This document shows, in pieces, positions 17,865-26,183 of a stretch of DNA of 42,311 bases. The DNA comes from a virus. Lineage: Duplodnaviria; Caudoviricetes. A model generated the notes under the pieces. It had not been told where the DNA came from, did no database searches, and worked only from the letters and a program-made list of their open reading frames with translations. How positions within the stretch are numbered: position 1 is the first letter of the stretch; every line of letters begins with the position of its first letter. A program made the position numbers and the translations under genes. The stretch is from the IMG/VR virus record IMGVR_UViG_3300037420_000294, positions 1 through 42,311 of that record; one strand, written 5' to 3'.

Positions 17865-17894
17865 TGGCTGGACGACAGCCGTCTGGAGGGCGCG

Positions 17895-18194
17895 GTGACG
17901 GATCAGGAGTGGCTCACGTTCGCCAAGCTCCCGGCATTGGGCTTGGCGATCACAATCGGCGGCCAGCGCTATGACCTGCGCAGGCATGAGCCATATCGCC
18001 GGCGGGACGGCGGCCTGACGACGCTCCTCGTCTGGACATCGGCGTGCCTGGAGTGCGGCGCTGAGTTCATCTGCAAGTCGGCTTCGTACCGACTGCCGCA
18101 GAACCGCCGGTGCGATGAGTGCAAGCGTCCCGGTGTCAGGTTTGATCCTGAGCGCAAGAAGCGGATCGCGGATGCAGCCGGGGGCCGCCCATGA
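17895..18194 (+). CDS. Zn-finger hypothetical protein
   Basis: GGAGG RBS, GTG start; CLEC...CDEC. Confidence 0.6.
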   Translation: MTDQEWLTFAKLPALGLAITIGGQRYDLRRHEPYRRRDGGLTTLLVWTSACLECGAEFICKSASYRLPQNRRCDECKRPGVRFDPERKKRIADAAGGRP

Positions 18195-18541
18195 TCACGC
18201 TTGCGCTCCTGGTCTGCCTCGCGCCGACCGCCATCGACGGTGACACGCTCAAGTGTTCCGACGGCACGCGCATCCGCATCTTCGGCGTCAATGCGCCTGA
18301 GGTCGGGCAGCCCGGTGCTGATGTCGCGACGGCCAACCTGGCGAGGATCATCGTCGGCGGGCTCGCCTGTGAAATCCGCGGCGCCAGCTACAGCCGTCTC
18401 GTCGGCCGGTGTGAAAACGCGGCGCGCGAGGACATCAGCGCCGATCAGCTGAAGGGCGGCTTCGCGGTCGAATGGTGCGTCTATTCGAAGGGTTACTACG
18501 GGACGTGCGCGATCGCTGCGCAACGGGGAGGCGCACGATGA
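18191..18541 (+). CDS. Thermonuclease (SNase) family protein
   Basis: IDGDTL, RIFGVNAPE and YSRLVG motifs; hydrophobic N-terminus. Confidence 0.8.
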   Translation: MITLALLVCLAPTAIDGDTLKCSDGTRIRIFGVNAPEVGQPGADVATANLARIIVGGLACEIRGASYSRLVGRCENAAREDISADQLKGGFAVEWCVYSKGYYGTCAIAAQRGGAR

Positions 18542-19617
18542 CGAACGCGTCAGAGTTCAGGGAGGGTGTGATGCAGGCGTTGAAGGTCATCGATTTGCCG
18601 GAGGGCCGGCCCCCTCTCGCGCTCGACTTGCCGGGCGACACGACGTTCGACGAATGGGTCGCAATCGGTCGCCGGCTGTGTCTCGGAAGCCAGGCCCTGC
18701 AGTGGCACATCGGAGACTGGTGGGCATTCGGAGATCATCGCTATGGCGATCGTGCGAAAGCCGCGGCGGAGGGATTGTTCGGACGCGAGTTCGGCAGCCT
18801 GATGAACCTCGCCACGGTCGCGCGGACGTTCGAAACCTCACGGCGCCGTGAGCATCTAACGTTCACCCATCACGTGGAAGTCGCGAGCCTTCCGGCCGAG
18901 ACCGCCGAGGAATTGCTCGAGAAGGCCGAGCGGGAGCATCTCTCGACCCGCGATCTTCGCCGCGAAGTGCAGGCGATCAGGGTGGCGAACGATCCTCAAC
19001 CGGGCCCGGTGGAAGTCGAGCCCGAACCGCGAGCGTCAAAGCCCATCCCATCTCAGACGACACGCGCCGAGCTCACGGTCGCCTACGAGATGGTCATCGA
19101 GTTCGCGGAAGCGCTGCAGCAACTTCGGCCGCTCACCCGGCGTGAGACCGATCTCCTGGCAACGGCCATGACGTTCGTCGACGAGGCGCATTCCGGTCAT
19201 CGTCCGTGCCCCGAGGATTTCGAGGTGATCTTCGTCGAGCAAGGGCGGCTTGCCTGCGAAACGTGGTACGGAGCTTCACGGCTGACGGTAAATCGCTGGC
19301 TGATCGAACGCGGCAAGTCGCGCCTCATCGCCAAGCGCGCCGAATTCGTCAGGTTCCAGCGCGAGCAGCTTCATCCGCAGTCCGCCGTTCGTGAGACGGT
19401 CGCTGTGCGCCCGATCGACGTGCACCTGCACGCGTTGGCGAAGGAAGCCGCGTCGTTCCTGCGCGTCAGCCGGTATGGTGGATGGATGATTACCGAGACC
19501 GGCGATGGTGACTGGCGCGTGGGCACTGTCCGCAAGACCGCCGACGAGCTGATCGCCATGGCTGAGCGTCAGGGCTTCGACAGCGAGGCGGCACGAAAAG
19601 AGGTCGACGCGGAGTGA
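18538..19617 (+). CDS. LmbU-like DNA-binding protein with extra C-terminal domains
   Basis: F.EW...G..L.......W.IGDW..FG and VAR.F...RRR..L.F.HH.EVASL resemble the LmbU family. Confidence 0.7.
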   Translation: MTNASEFREGVMQALKVIDLPEGRPPLALDLPGDTTFDEWVAIGRRLCLGSQALQWHIGDWWAFGDHRYGDRAKAAAEGLFGREFGSLMNLATVARTFETSRRREHLTFTHHVEVASLPAETAEELLEKAEREHLSTRDLRREVQAIRVANDPQPGPVEVEPEPRASKPIPSQTTRAELTVAYEMVIEFAEALQQLRPLTRRETDLLATAMTFVDEAHSGHRPCPEDFEVIFVEQGRLACETWYGASRLTVNRWLIERGKSRLIAKRAEFVRFQREQLHPQSAVRETVAVRPIDVHLHALAKEAASFLRVSRYGGWMITETGDGDWRVGTVRKTADELIAMAERQGFDSEAARKEVDAE

Positions 19618-19649
19618 CCTACATCAGCGATAGGGTGGCGAGGTAGAAG
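19615..19649 (+). promoter_or_regulatory. Late promoter element 1 (variant)
   Basis: TGACCTACA-N20-TAGAAG; terS ATG 7 nt downstream. Confidence 0.6.
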
Positions 19650-19656
19650 GCTGACC

Positions 19657-20109
19657 ATGTCCGGTCCCCTCAAGAATGCGCGTCAGGAGCGATTTTGCCA
19701 GGAGCTGGCGAAGGGCAAGTCGCAGCTCGATGCCTACGAGTCCGCCGGTTACAAGCCGGATCGCGGGGCCGCCACACGGCTGTCAGCAAATGTCAGTGTT
19801 GCGGCTCGCGTCGCCGAGCTCAAGTCGCGCATCGCCGAAAAGGTGACTGAAAAGACATCAATCGACGCCGCGTGGGTGCTCACGAAAGCTGCTGAGCTTC
19901 ACGCTAGAGCACTGAAAGAAAAGCAACTTTCTGTCGCCAAGGGAGCGTTAGACCTGATCGGCAAGCACGTCGACGTCCAAGCATTCCGCGAGCAGGTCCA
20001 GCATTCCGGCCTGATCGAATACAAGAACCTCTCCGACGAAGAGATCGCCGCGCGGATCGCCGCGCACGAGGCCGCCCGTGCAAACGGCGACAAGCGCACC
20101 ACTCACTGA
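19657..20109 (+). CDS. terS: Terminase small subunit
   Basis: RQERFCQE...AY..AGY...A.RL pattern; directly precedes terL. Confidence 0.88.
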   Translation: MSGPLKNARQERFCQELAKGKSQLDAYESAGYKPDRGAATRLSANVSVAARVAELKSRIAEKVTEKTSIDAAWVLTKAAELHARALKEKQLSVAKGALDLIGKHVDVQAFREQVQHSGLIEYKNLSDEEIAARIAAHEAARANGDKRTTH

Positions 20110-21595
20110 CGTCGAATATCTCGCTCTGCTAGACGAGCGCGCCCGTCGCGAGCGGTTGCGCCGCGATGCCGCGGAACGGCAGCAGCTCGAGAATAACCTC
20201 GAGCAGATCCGACAGCGCTGCTCGACGCTCGCAGGCTTCGTCCGCGAGGCATGGCACGTGTTGGAGCCGGAAGCGAAGTACGTCCCCAACTGGCATATCG
20301 ACGCGATTTGCGAGCACCTCGAGGCGGTCACCGACGGACGCATCAACCGGCTGCTGATCAATGTCCCGCCTGGTTCGTCGAAGTCGCTGATCACATCCGT
20401 GATGTGGCCGGCGTGGGAATGGGGCCCATGTGGGCGCCGCTCGCTGCGTTATCTCGCAACTGCGTTCAACGAAGGTCCGGTCAAGCGCGACACGCGCAAG
20501 AGCCGCGATTTGATCGCCAGCGAATGGTTCCGGCGACTGTGGCCCGATGTTCAGCTGACGCGCACCGCCGAGACCAGCTTCGCGAATTCGTCGACCGGGA
20601 CGCGCGAGGGGGTACCGTTCGGATCGCTGACATCGCAGCGCGGCGACAGGCTGATCATCGATGACCCACATTCGACCGAGACAGCCGAGTCGGACACGGA
20701 GCGCCTGAACACGACGCGCAAGTTCCGCGAGGGTGCTGTCAATCGCCTCAACGACCAGGAGAAGAGCGCGATCGTCGTCATCATGCAGCGCCTGCACGAG
20801 CAGGACATCAGCGGCGTGATCCTCTCGCTCGGCATGGATTACGTGCACCTGATGTTGCCGATGGAGTTCGATCCGGCGCGCGCTTGCGAGACGCCGATCG
20901 GCTTCAAGGATCCGCGCACCGATGAAGGTCAGCTGCTCGACCCGAAGCGTTTTCCGCGTGAGGTGGTCGACGCGCTCAAGCGCGACATGGGCAGCTATGC
21001 GTTCAGCGGCCAGTACGACCAGGCGCCGACGCCGCGCTCAGGAGGTATGTTCCAACGCGGCGACTTCGAGATCGTCGATGCGGTGCCAGCCGGCGGACGC
21101 AGGGTGCGAGCATGGGATTTCGCGGCATCACAGCAGAAACCGGGCAAGCAGCCGGACTGGACCGTCGGACTTCGCATGGTGCTGGTGAAAGACGTGTTCT
21201 ACATCGAAGACGTGATGCGCGGCCGGTGGAGCGCGTCGGATGTCGAGACGCGGCTCAAGAACACGGCGACGCAGGATGGCCAGGGAATCACCATCCGCAT
21301 GCCGCAGGACCCGGGCGCCGCTGGCAAGGCAGACGCCGAGACGAAGGTCAAGCTGCTGAAAGGCTATCCCGTCATCGTGAAGCCCGTCACTGGCGACAAG
21401 GCGACGCGTGCCCGGCCGGCATCGGCACAGGCAGAGGCCGGTAACGTCAAGCTGTTGCGCGGGCCATGGAACGATGTCTTCCTGGGCGAGATTTGCGCAT
21501 TTCCGAACGGCGCATTCGATGACCAGGTCGACGCTTTCGCCGACGCGCTGAACGAGCTCGCGCTCGGAAACACCTACAGCTGGGACAACGTCTAG
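20078..21595 (+). CDS. terL: Terminase large subunit
   Basis: NVPPGSSKS, IIDDP, MQRLH, RAWD.A and DDQVDA motifs. Confidence 0.95.
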   Translation: MQTATSAPLTDVEYLALLDERARRERLRRDAAERQQLENNLEQIRQRCSTLAGFVREAWHVLEPEAKYVPNWHIDAICEHLEAVTDGRINRLLINVPPGSSKSLITSVMWPAWEWGPCGRRSLRYLATAFNEGPVKRDTRKSRDLIASEWFRRLWPDVQLTRTAETSFANSSTGTREGVPFGSLTSQRGDRLIIDDPHSTETAESDTERLNTTRKFREGAVNRLNDQEKSAIVVIMQRLHEQDISGVILSLGMDYVHLMLPMEFDPARACETPIGFKDPRTDEGQLLDPKRFPREVVDALKRDMGSYAFSGQYDQAPTPRSGGMFQRGDFEIVDAVPAGGRRVRAWDFAASQQKPGKQPDWTVGLRMVLVKDVFYIEDVMRGRWSASDVETRLKNTATQDGQGITIRMPQDPGAAGKADAETKVKLLKGYPVIVKPVTGDKATRARPASAQAEAGNVKLLRGPWNDVFLGEICAFPNGAFDDQVDAFADALNELALGNTYSWDNV

Positions 21596-21596
21596 C

Positions 21597-21630
21597 GAAC
21601 CTACATCGGCGCCGATGCTCGCCGTAACGT
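21597..21630 (+). promoter_or_regulatory. Late promoter element 2
   Basis: GAACCTACA-N19-TAACGT; ATG 7 nt downstream. Confidence 0.8.
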
Positions 21631-21637
21631 CGCCGCC

Positions 21638-23650
21638 ATGTCAGGCCGCCTCGTCAACGTCCGCCCGAAGCCGGGCTTCCTGATGGACGGCGCCGGCGAG
21701 ATCATCCCGGCACGTCAGAACGTGGTCCCGTTCCGCGACCGTTTGACCAACGTCATGTCCGGCATGGGCACGACCGCCGATCGCCGGGTGTACGATCGCT
21801 ATGCGTTCATCCCGATCAGCGCGGCGGAAAGCGAAGCCGGATATCGCGACGACTGGCTGTGGCGCAAGATCATCGACGTTCCAGCGCTCGACATGACCCG
21901 CGCGTGGCGCGACTGGCAAACGGAGAGCGCGAACATCGAAGCGCTCGAGGCCGAAGAGAAGCGGCTGCAGCTCAAGCACAAATGCAAGCGCGCGCTGATC
22001 CTGTCGCGCCTGTACGGCGGCGCGGCGCTGCTGCTGGGCACGAACGATCCCGATCCGTCGCAGCCGCTCAATCCGTCGCGCATCGGTAAGGGCGGCCTCA
22101 CTTACGTTCATGTGCTGTCGCGGCATCAGCTGACGCTCGGCAACCAGCGGCTAGACCCGGCTGATCCGTGGTTCGGCAAGCCCGATTATTTCGAGATCAA
22201 CACGAGCTCGAAGGATCAGCAGGTGAAGTTGCATCCCTCGCGCATCGTCGAGTTCATCGGACAACCGGTGCCGGAAGGGTCATGGTACGGCAGCGCCGGA
22301 ATGACGGGCGGGTCTTGGTTCTGGGGCGATCCGCTTGCACAGTCGATCCAGTCGGCGGTGAAGAACGCCAGTCTTGCGCAGGATGGCTTCGCGGCGCTCA
22401 TCGATCGGGCCGCGGTCGACGTGTTCAAGTTCAAGGATCTGATGAGCGTCGTCGGGACCGAGGATGGCGAAAGGCAGATCACGGCCCGCGTTGCGTGGAC
22501 CTCGCGCGCCAAGTCGACCCATCGCGCCATGCTGCTCGATGCCCAGGACGAATGGGAACAGGCCCAGATGGTCTGGGCCGGAATTCCGAACGTCATCGAT
22601 GCGTACACGCTGCTCGTCGCAGGCGCCGCGGATATTCCGATGACGCGCCTGCTCGGTCAGTCGCCGCGCGGCCTGCAATCGACGGGAGACGGCGAGGAGC
22701 GCGACTATCAGTCGATGATCAAGGCGCGGCAGGACGAGCTTCTGGCACCGGCGCTTGATCGCATCGACGAGCTGCTGATCCCGTCCGCGCTCGGCAGCCG
22801 TCCGAGCGATGTCTATTACGAGTTCGGCCCGCTGCAGGAGGAAAACGAGAAGGACGGCGCGACCATCGAGTTCCAGCTCAGCCAGGCGGTCAAGAATTAT
22901 TCCGATACCGGCCTCATCCCGGACATGGCGCTGGCCGCCATCGTCAAGAACCGGTTCATCGAGAGCGGACGCTGGCCCGGATCCGAAGTTGCGTTTGAGG
23001 AAGCGGAAGCCGCGACTGCTGCCGATCCCTCGCTCGATCCCGCGAATGACGATCCGAATGACGATCCTTCGGCGCTGACGCAGCCGCCGGTAGAACGCCA
23101 GCGCGGCGTCTCGGCTCTCAAGAAGAGCGGCGCGATCACGGCGGACCAGGCGAAGGCGCTTCTCGCCGATGCAGCTCCGCGCTCGCTCTACGTCAGTCGT
23201 AAGCTCCTGAACGCCGCTGACGTGATCGCATGGGCCAAGGGGCAGGGTTTCGAAACGACGGTCGCAGCCGACGAGATGCACGTCACGGTGCTCTATTCGC
23301 GCACGCCGGTCGATTGGATGGCGATGGGCAATGCGTGGGACGAAGATCAGAACGGCCAATTACGCGTCGCGCCGGGAGGCCCGCGAATGCTCGATCGCTT
23401 CGGCAGCATGGCCGATGCCGTCGTGCTGCTGTTCAATTCGTCGTCGCTGAGCTGGCGCCACGAGGACATGATAAGCAAGGGCGCGAGCAGCGATTACGCC
23501 GACTACGCGCCGCACGTCACGCTGAGCTATTCGGTCCCGGCTGACTTTGATCTGTCGAACGTCGAACCGTACCAAGGCGCGCTCGTGTTCGGTCCGGAGG
23601 TGTTCACCGAGGTCGTGGACGATTGGAAGTCCGGCATCACCGAGGAGTGA
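21638..23650 (+). CDS. Portal protein (DUF1073 type) fused to an Acb1-like 2H phosphoesterase
   Basis: Portal motifs RLYGG and AGAADIP.TRLLG.SP; acidic linker; two HxT motifs (MHVTVLYS, PHVTLSY). Confidence 0.88.
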   Translation: MSGRLVNVRPKPGFLMDGAGEIIPARQNVVPFRDRLTNVMSGMGTTADRRVYDRYAFIPISAAESEAGYRDDWLWRKIIDVPALDMTRAWRDWQTESANIEALEAEEKRLQLKHKCKRALILSRLYGGAALLLGTNDPDPSQPLNPSRIGKGGLTYVHVLSRHQLTLGNQRLDPADPWFGKPDYFEINTSSKDQQVKLHPSRIVEFIGQPVPEGSWYGSAGMTGGSWFWGDPLAQSIQSAVKNASLAQDGFAALIDRAAVDVFKFKDLMSVVGTEDGERQITARVAWTSRAKSTHRAMLLDAQDEWEQAQMVWAGIPNVIDAYTLLVAGAADIPMTRLLGQSPRGLQSTGDGEERDYQSMIKARQDELLAPALDRIDELLIPSALGSRPSDVYYEFGPLQEENEKDGATIEFQLSQAVKNYSDTGLIPDMALAAIVKNRFIESGRWPGSEVAFEEAEAATAADPSLDPANDDPNDDPSALTQPPVERQRGVSALKKSGAITADQAKALLADAAPRSLYVSRKLLNAADVIAWAKGQGFETTVAADEMHVTVLYSRTPVDWMAMGNAWDEDQNGQLRVAPGGPRMLDRFGSMADAVVLLFNSSSLSWRHEDMISKGASSDYADYAPHVTLSYSVPADFDLSNVEPYQGALVFGPEVFTEVVDDWKSGITEE

Positions 23651-23654
23651 GGCG

Positions 23655-24455
23655 GTGAAGTTCAGTCTCGCCGCCATGGCCAAGCGCCCGTCGCGCAAGC
23701 CGGTCGCGCTCGCCAACATCGCTCCGACAAAAGCGCAGGCCGACGACCTCTTCACGCTCTACGCCAGGATGCTCGCGATCTGGACAGCGCGAATTCCGAA
23801 CGTCGTCGCCGAATATGAGCGCACGCTGGCGAAGATGACGACCGACAGCGCGGAAACGACGGCCGGCGAACTCGATGGCATTGCTGCCGAAATCCAGCGG
23901 CTGGTGATCTTGCTGACGCCGGATTTGCGGCAATGGGCCCTTAGGCTCGAGTCGGTCCAACGCGGCAAATGGGTGCGGTCCGTGCTCTCCGCGATCGATG
24001 TCGACCTCAACACGGTTTTGACGGCCGGCGATGTGGAGGACACGGTTGGCGCGGCGATCAACTGGAACGTCAGCCTGATCCGTGACGTGAGCGCGCAGCT
24101 GCAGCAGAAGATCGCGAACGCCATCTTCGCCGGCTTCCAGCGGCGCGCGCCTGCGGAAGAGATCGCTAGCGAGATCAGGGACGCGGTTGGCATGGCTCGC
24201 TCGCGGGCGTTGCGGATTGCCGGTGATCAGACCGTGAAGCTCGGCGCGCGGCTCAATCAGGCTCGGCAGGAGCAGGCCGGCATAACCGAGTTCATCTGGC
24301 GGCATTCGGCGAAGAGGCACCCGCGCGAATGGCACCTCGCTCGCAACGGTCGCAAATTCCCTTGGCGCGGCAATTCGATCCCGGCCGACGACATGCCGGG
24401 AGTGCCGCCTTTTTGTGGATGCACCGCCCAGGGCGTGGTAAGTTTCGAGGAATGA
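23655..24455 (+). CDS. Head morphogenesis protein (Mu gpF / SPP1 gp7-like)
   Basis: RA..IA.DQ..K, W.HS....R.WH and PG....CGC motifs. Confidence 0.85.
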   Translation: MKFSLAAMAKRPSRKPVALANIAPTKAQADDLFTLYARMLAIWTARIPNVVAEYERTLAKMTTDSAETTAGELDGIAAEIQRLVILLTPDLRQWALRLESVQRGKWVRSVLSAIDVDLNTVLTAGDVEDTVGAAINWNVSLIRDVSAQLQQKIANAIFAGFQRRAPAEEIASEIRDAVGMARSRALRIAGDQTVKLGARLNQARQEQAGITEFIWRHSAKRHPREWHLARNGRKFPWRGNSIPADDMPGVPPFCGCTAQGVVSFEE

Positions 24456-24658
24456 TTGAGCCCTCCGACCTATCCGCCTTTTCTCTGCATCCCGATTCGG
24501 ATGGTCCGGTCCTTAGAGCTTCGGTCGATGACGCCATCCGGAGAGAAGCCGTTCGGCTCATGGAGAATGTGCGGGCGAAGTCGAACGAGGCCATGCTGCG
24601 CGTTCAACTTCGTGAGGATAGGCGGATCGTCGACGCAAACCGTCTCCGCCGCTCGTAG
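24452..24658 (+). CDS. Hypothetical 68-aa protein; its stop lies inside the tRNA-Arg 5' end
   Basis: ATGA overlap with the upstream gene; no recognisable motif. Confidence 0.4.
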   Translation: MIEPSDLSAFSLHPDSDGPVLRASVDDAIRREAVRLMENVRAKSNEAMLRVQLREDRRIVDANRLRRS

Positions 24659-24725
24659 CGCAACTGGATAGCGCACTTGGCTTCGAACCAAGAGGCTGCA
24701 GGTTCGAGTCCTGCCGAGCGGGCCA
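24649..24725 (+). tRNA. tRNA-Arg(TCG)
   Basis: Acceptor CCGCTCG/CGAGCGG; D-arm GCGC/GCGC with A20; anticodon arm CTTGG-CTTCGAA-CCAAG; T-arm GCAGG-TTCGAGT-CCTGC; ends G-CCA. Confidence 0.92.
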
Positions 24726-24727
24726 AC

Positions 24728-24801
24728 TGCCCCGTCGTCTAGCGGTAGGACATCGGCCTTTGAAGCCGACAGCCTTGGTTCGAATTCAAGCGGGGCATCC
24801 A
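24728..24801 (+). tRNA. tRNA-Gln(TTG)
   Basis: Acceptor TGCCCCG/CGGGGCA; anticodon arm TCGGC-CTTTGAA-GCCGA; T-arm CTTGG-TTCGAAT-TCAAG; ends T-CCA. Confidence 0.85.
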
Positions 24802-24803
24802 AC

Positions 24804-24837
24804 GAACCTACAGCCTGACGAGCCGCGCCCGTAATTT
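24804..24837 (+). promoter_or_regulatory. Late promoter element 3
   Basis: GAACCTACA-N19-TAATTT; ATG 7 nt downstream. Confidence 0.8.
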
Positions 24838-24844
24838 CGGGCGC

Positions 24845-24958
24845 ATGGACGTCCTCGAAACGATACTCATCGTCGTTGGCGTAATCGTCGGCGGTGCGAT
24901 CGTGCTGGCCATCATCGGCGCGGTACTCGCCGTCACCAGCGATGCGTGGAGCCACTGA
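24845..24958 (+). CDS. 37-aa single-pass membrane microprotein
   Basis: MDVLETILIVVGVIVGGAIVLAIIGAVLAVTSDAWSH; leaderless position; TGATG coupling to the next gene. Confidence 0.7.
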   Translation: MDVLETILIVVGVIVGGAIVLAIIGAVLAVTSDAWSH

Positions 24959-26169
24959 TGCTCTTCGCCGACAAGCTCAGCTTCGACCATCCGCGGAAGA
25001 CGCAAGACGGTTACATGGTCGTCAGGGCTCGAGCAGCTCGCGCCGGCATCTACGATTACCTCGGTCGCGAGGTCGATCCGGAGGGCAAGACCTTCGCCGC
25101 CGACCAGGTGGTCAAAGTCTATCGCCCCGAAGAGGAGGTGTTCGCTCAGGATAGCGTCGCCAGCTTCCTGATGAAGCCGGTCACGAACGATCATCCCGCG
25201 CAGCCTGTCACGGCGGCCAACTGGCGCGACCATGCGAAAGGAGTTGTCGGCAAGGCCATGCGCGATGGCGACTTCCTCGCGTTCGACATCGTGCTGATGG
25301 ACAAGGGCATCATCTCCGACGTCGAGAGCGGTAAGCGCGAGCTTTCGAACGGCTATGCGTCCGTGCTCGATTTCACCGCCGGTCAGACCGAGGATGGCCA
25401 GCAGTACGACGCTCGCCAGTCGCAGATTCGCGGAAATCACGTCGCCGTCGTCGACAAGGGCCGAGCGGGTCCGCTGTGCAGGATCGGCGATGCCGCCACG
25501 TGCGCCACGCTGCCGGCCGCCGAGCTCATCGAAATTTTGACCGACGAACGAACCTACAGCGACGGTTCGGACGGCCATAAAAACAACGCTGCAAGTTCAG
25601 GAGGCGGCCAAGTGGCGACCAAGACGATCACTTTCGACGGACTTCCGCTCGAAGTCACCGACGCGGCCGAGGCGGCAATCGCCAAGCTGCAGGGTCAGAT
25701 CACCACGCTCACCACGGCGAAGGACGCGGCGGAGACCAAGGTTGGCGAGCTCACCGCCACCGTCTCGACCAAGGATGGCGAGATCGCCGCGCTCGAGCAG
25801 AAGGTGAAGGACGCAGCGGTCAGTCCGGCCCAGCTCGAGAAGCTCGTTGCCGACCGCTCCGCCCTCATCGCGCAGGCGAAGGGCATCGAGCCCAACGTCG
25901 CCACGGACGGCAAGACCGAAGCCGAAATCCGCAAGGCCGTCGTGTCGGCCAGGCTCGGCGACAGCGCCAAGGACATGGACGACGCCGCGATCGCCGGCGC
26001 GTTCACCGTGCTCGCCAAGGACGTGAAGGTCGATCCGGTGCGCAACGTGCTGTCGGGCGGGATCACTCCGGTCGAAGACGCCAAGGCCGAGTACGCCAAG
26101 GCCCGTGACGAAGCGCGCAAGAACCTTTCCGACGCATGGCGCCCGGCCGCGCCTGCGAACGCCGCCTGA
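24958..26169 (+). CDS. DUF2213 capsid maturation / scaffold protein
   Basis: AR.GIY.Y, VYRP.EEVF, PVT.DHP, ELS.GY and NHVA.V..GRAG motifs; coiled-coil C-terminal half. Confidence 0.88.
   Translation: MLFADKLSFDHPRKTQDGYMVVRARAARAGIYDYLGREVDPEGKTFAADQVVKVYRPEEEVFAQDSVASFLMKPVTNDHPAQPVTAANWRDHAKGVVGKAMRDGDFLAFDIVLMDKGIISDVESGKRELSNGYASVLDFTAGQTEDGQQYDARQSQIRGNHVAVVDKGRAGPLCRIGDAATCATLPAAELIEILTDERTYSDGSDGHKNNAASSGGGQVATKTITFDGLPLEVTDAAEAAIAKLQGQITTLTTAKDAAETKVGELTATVSTKDGEIAALEQKVKDAAVSPAQLEKLVADRSALIAQAKGIEPNVATDGKTEAEIRKAVVSARLGDSAKDMDDAAIAGAFTVLAKDVKVDPVRNVLSGGITPVEDAKAEYAKARDEARKNLSDAWRPAAPANAA
25550..25583 (+). promoter_or_regulatory. Late promoter element 4 (intragenic)
   Basis: GAACCTACA-N19-TAAAAA, then AGGAGG and an in-frame GTG at 25612. 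Confidence 0.7.
25612..26169 (+). CDS. Probable separately translated scaffold (internal in-frame start)
   Basis: AGGAGG-N7-GTG at the domain boundary, with its own promoter element. Confidence 0.6.
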   Translation: MATKTITFDGLPLEVTDAAEAAIAKLQGQITTLTTAKDAAETKVGELTATVSTKDGEIAALEQKVKDAAVSPAQLEKLVADRSALIAQAKGIEPNVATDGKTEAEIRKAVVSARLGDSAKDMDDAAIAGAFTVLAKDVKVDPVRNVLSGGITPVEDAKAEYAKARDEARKNLSDAWRPAAPANAA

Positions 26170-26183
26170 GGGAGTCGAGCGAA

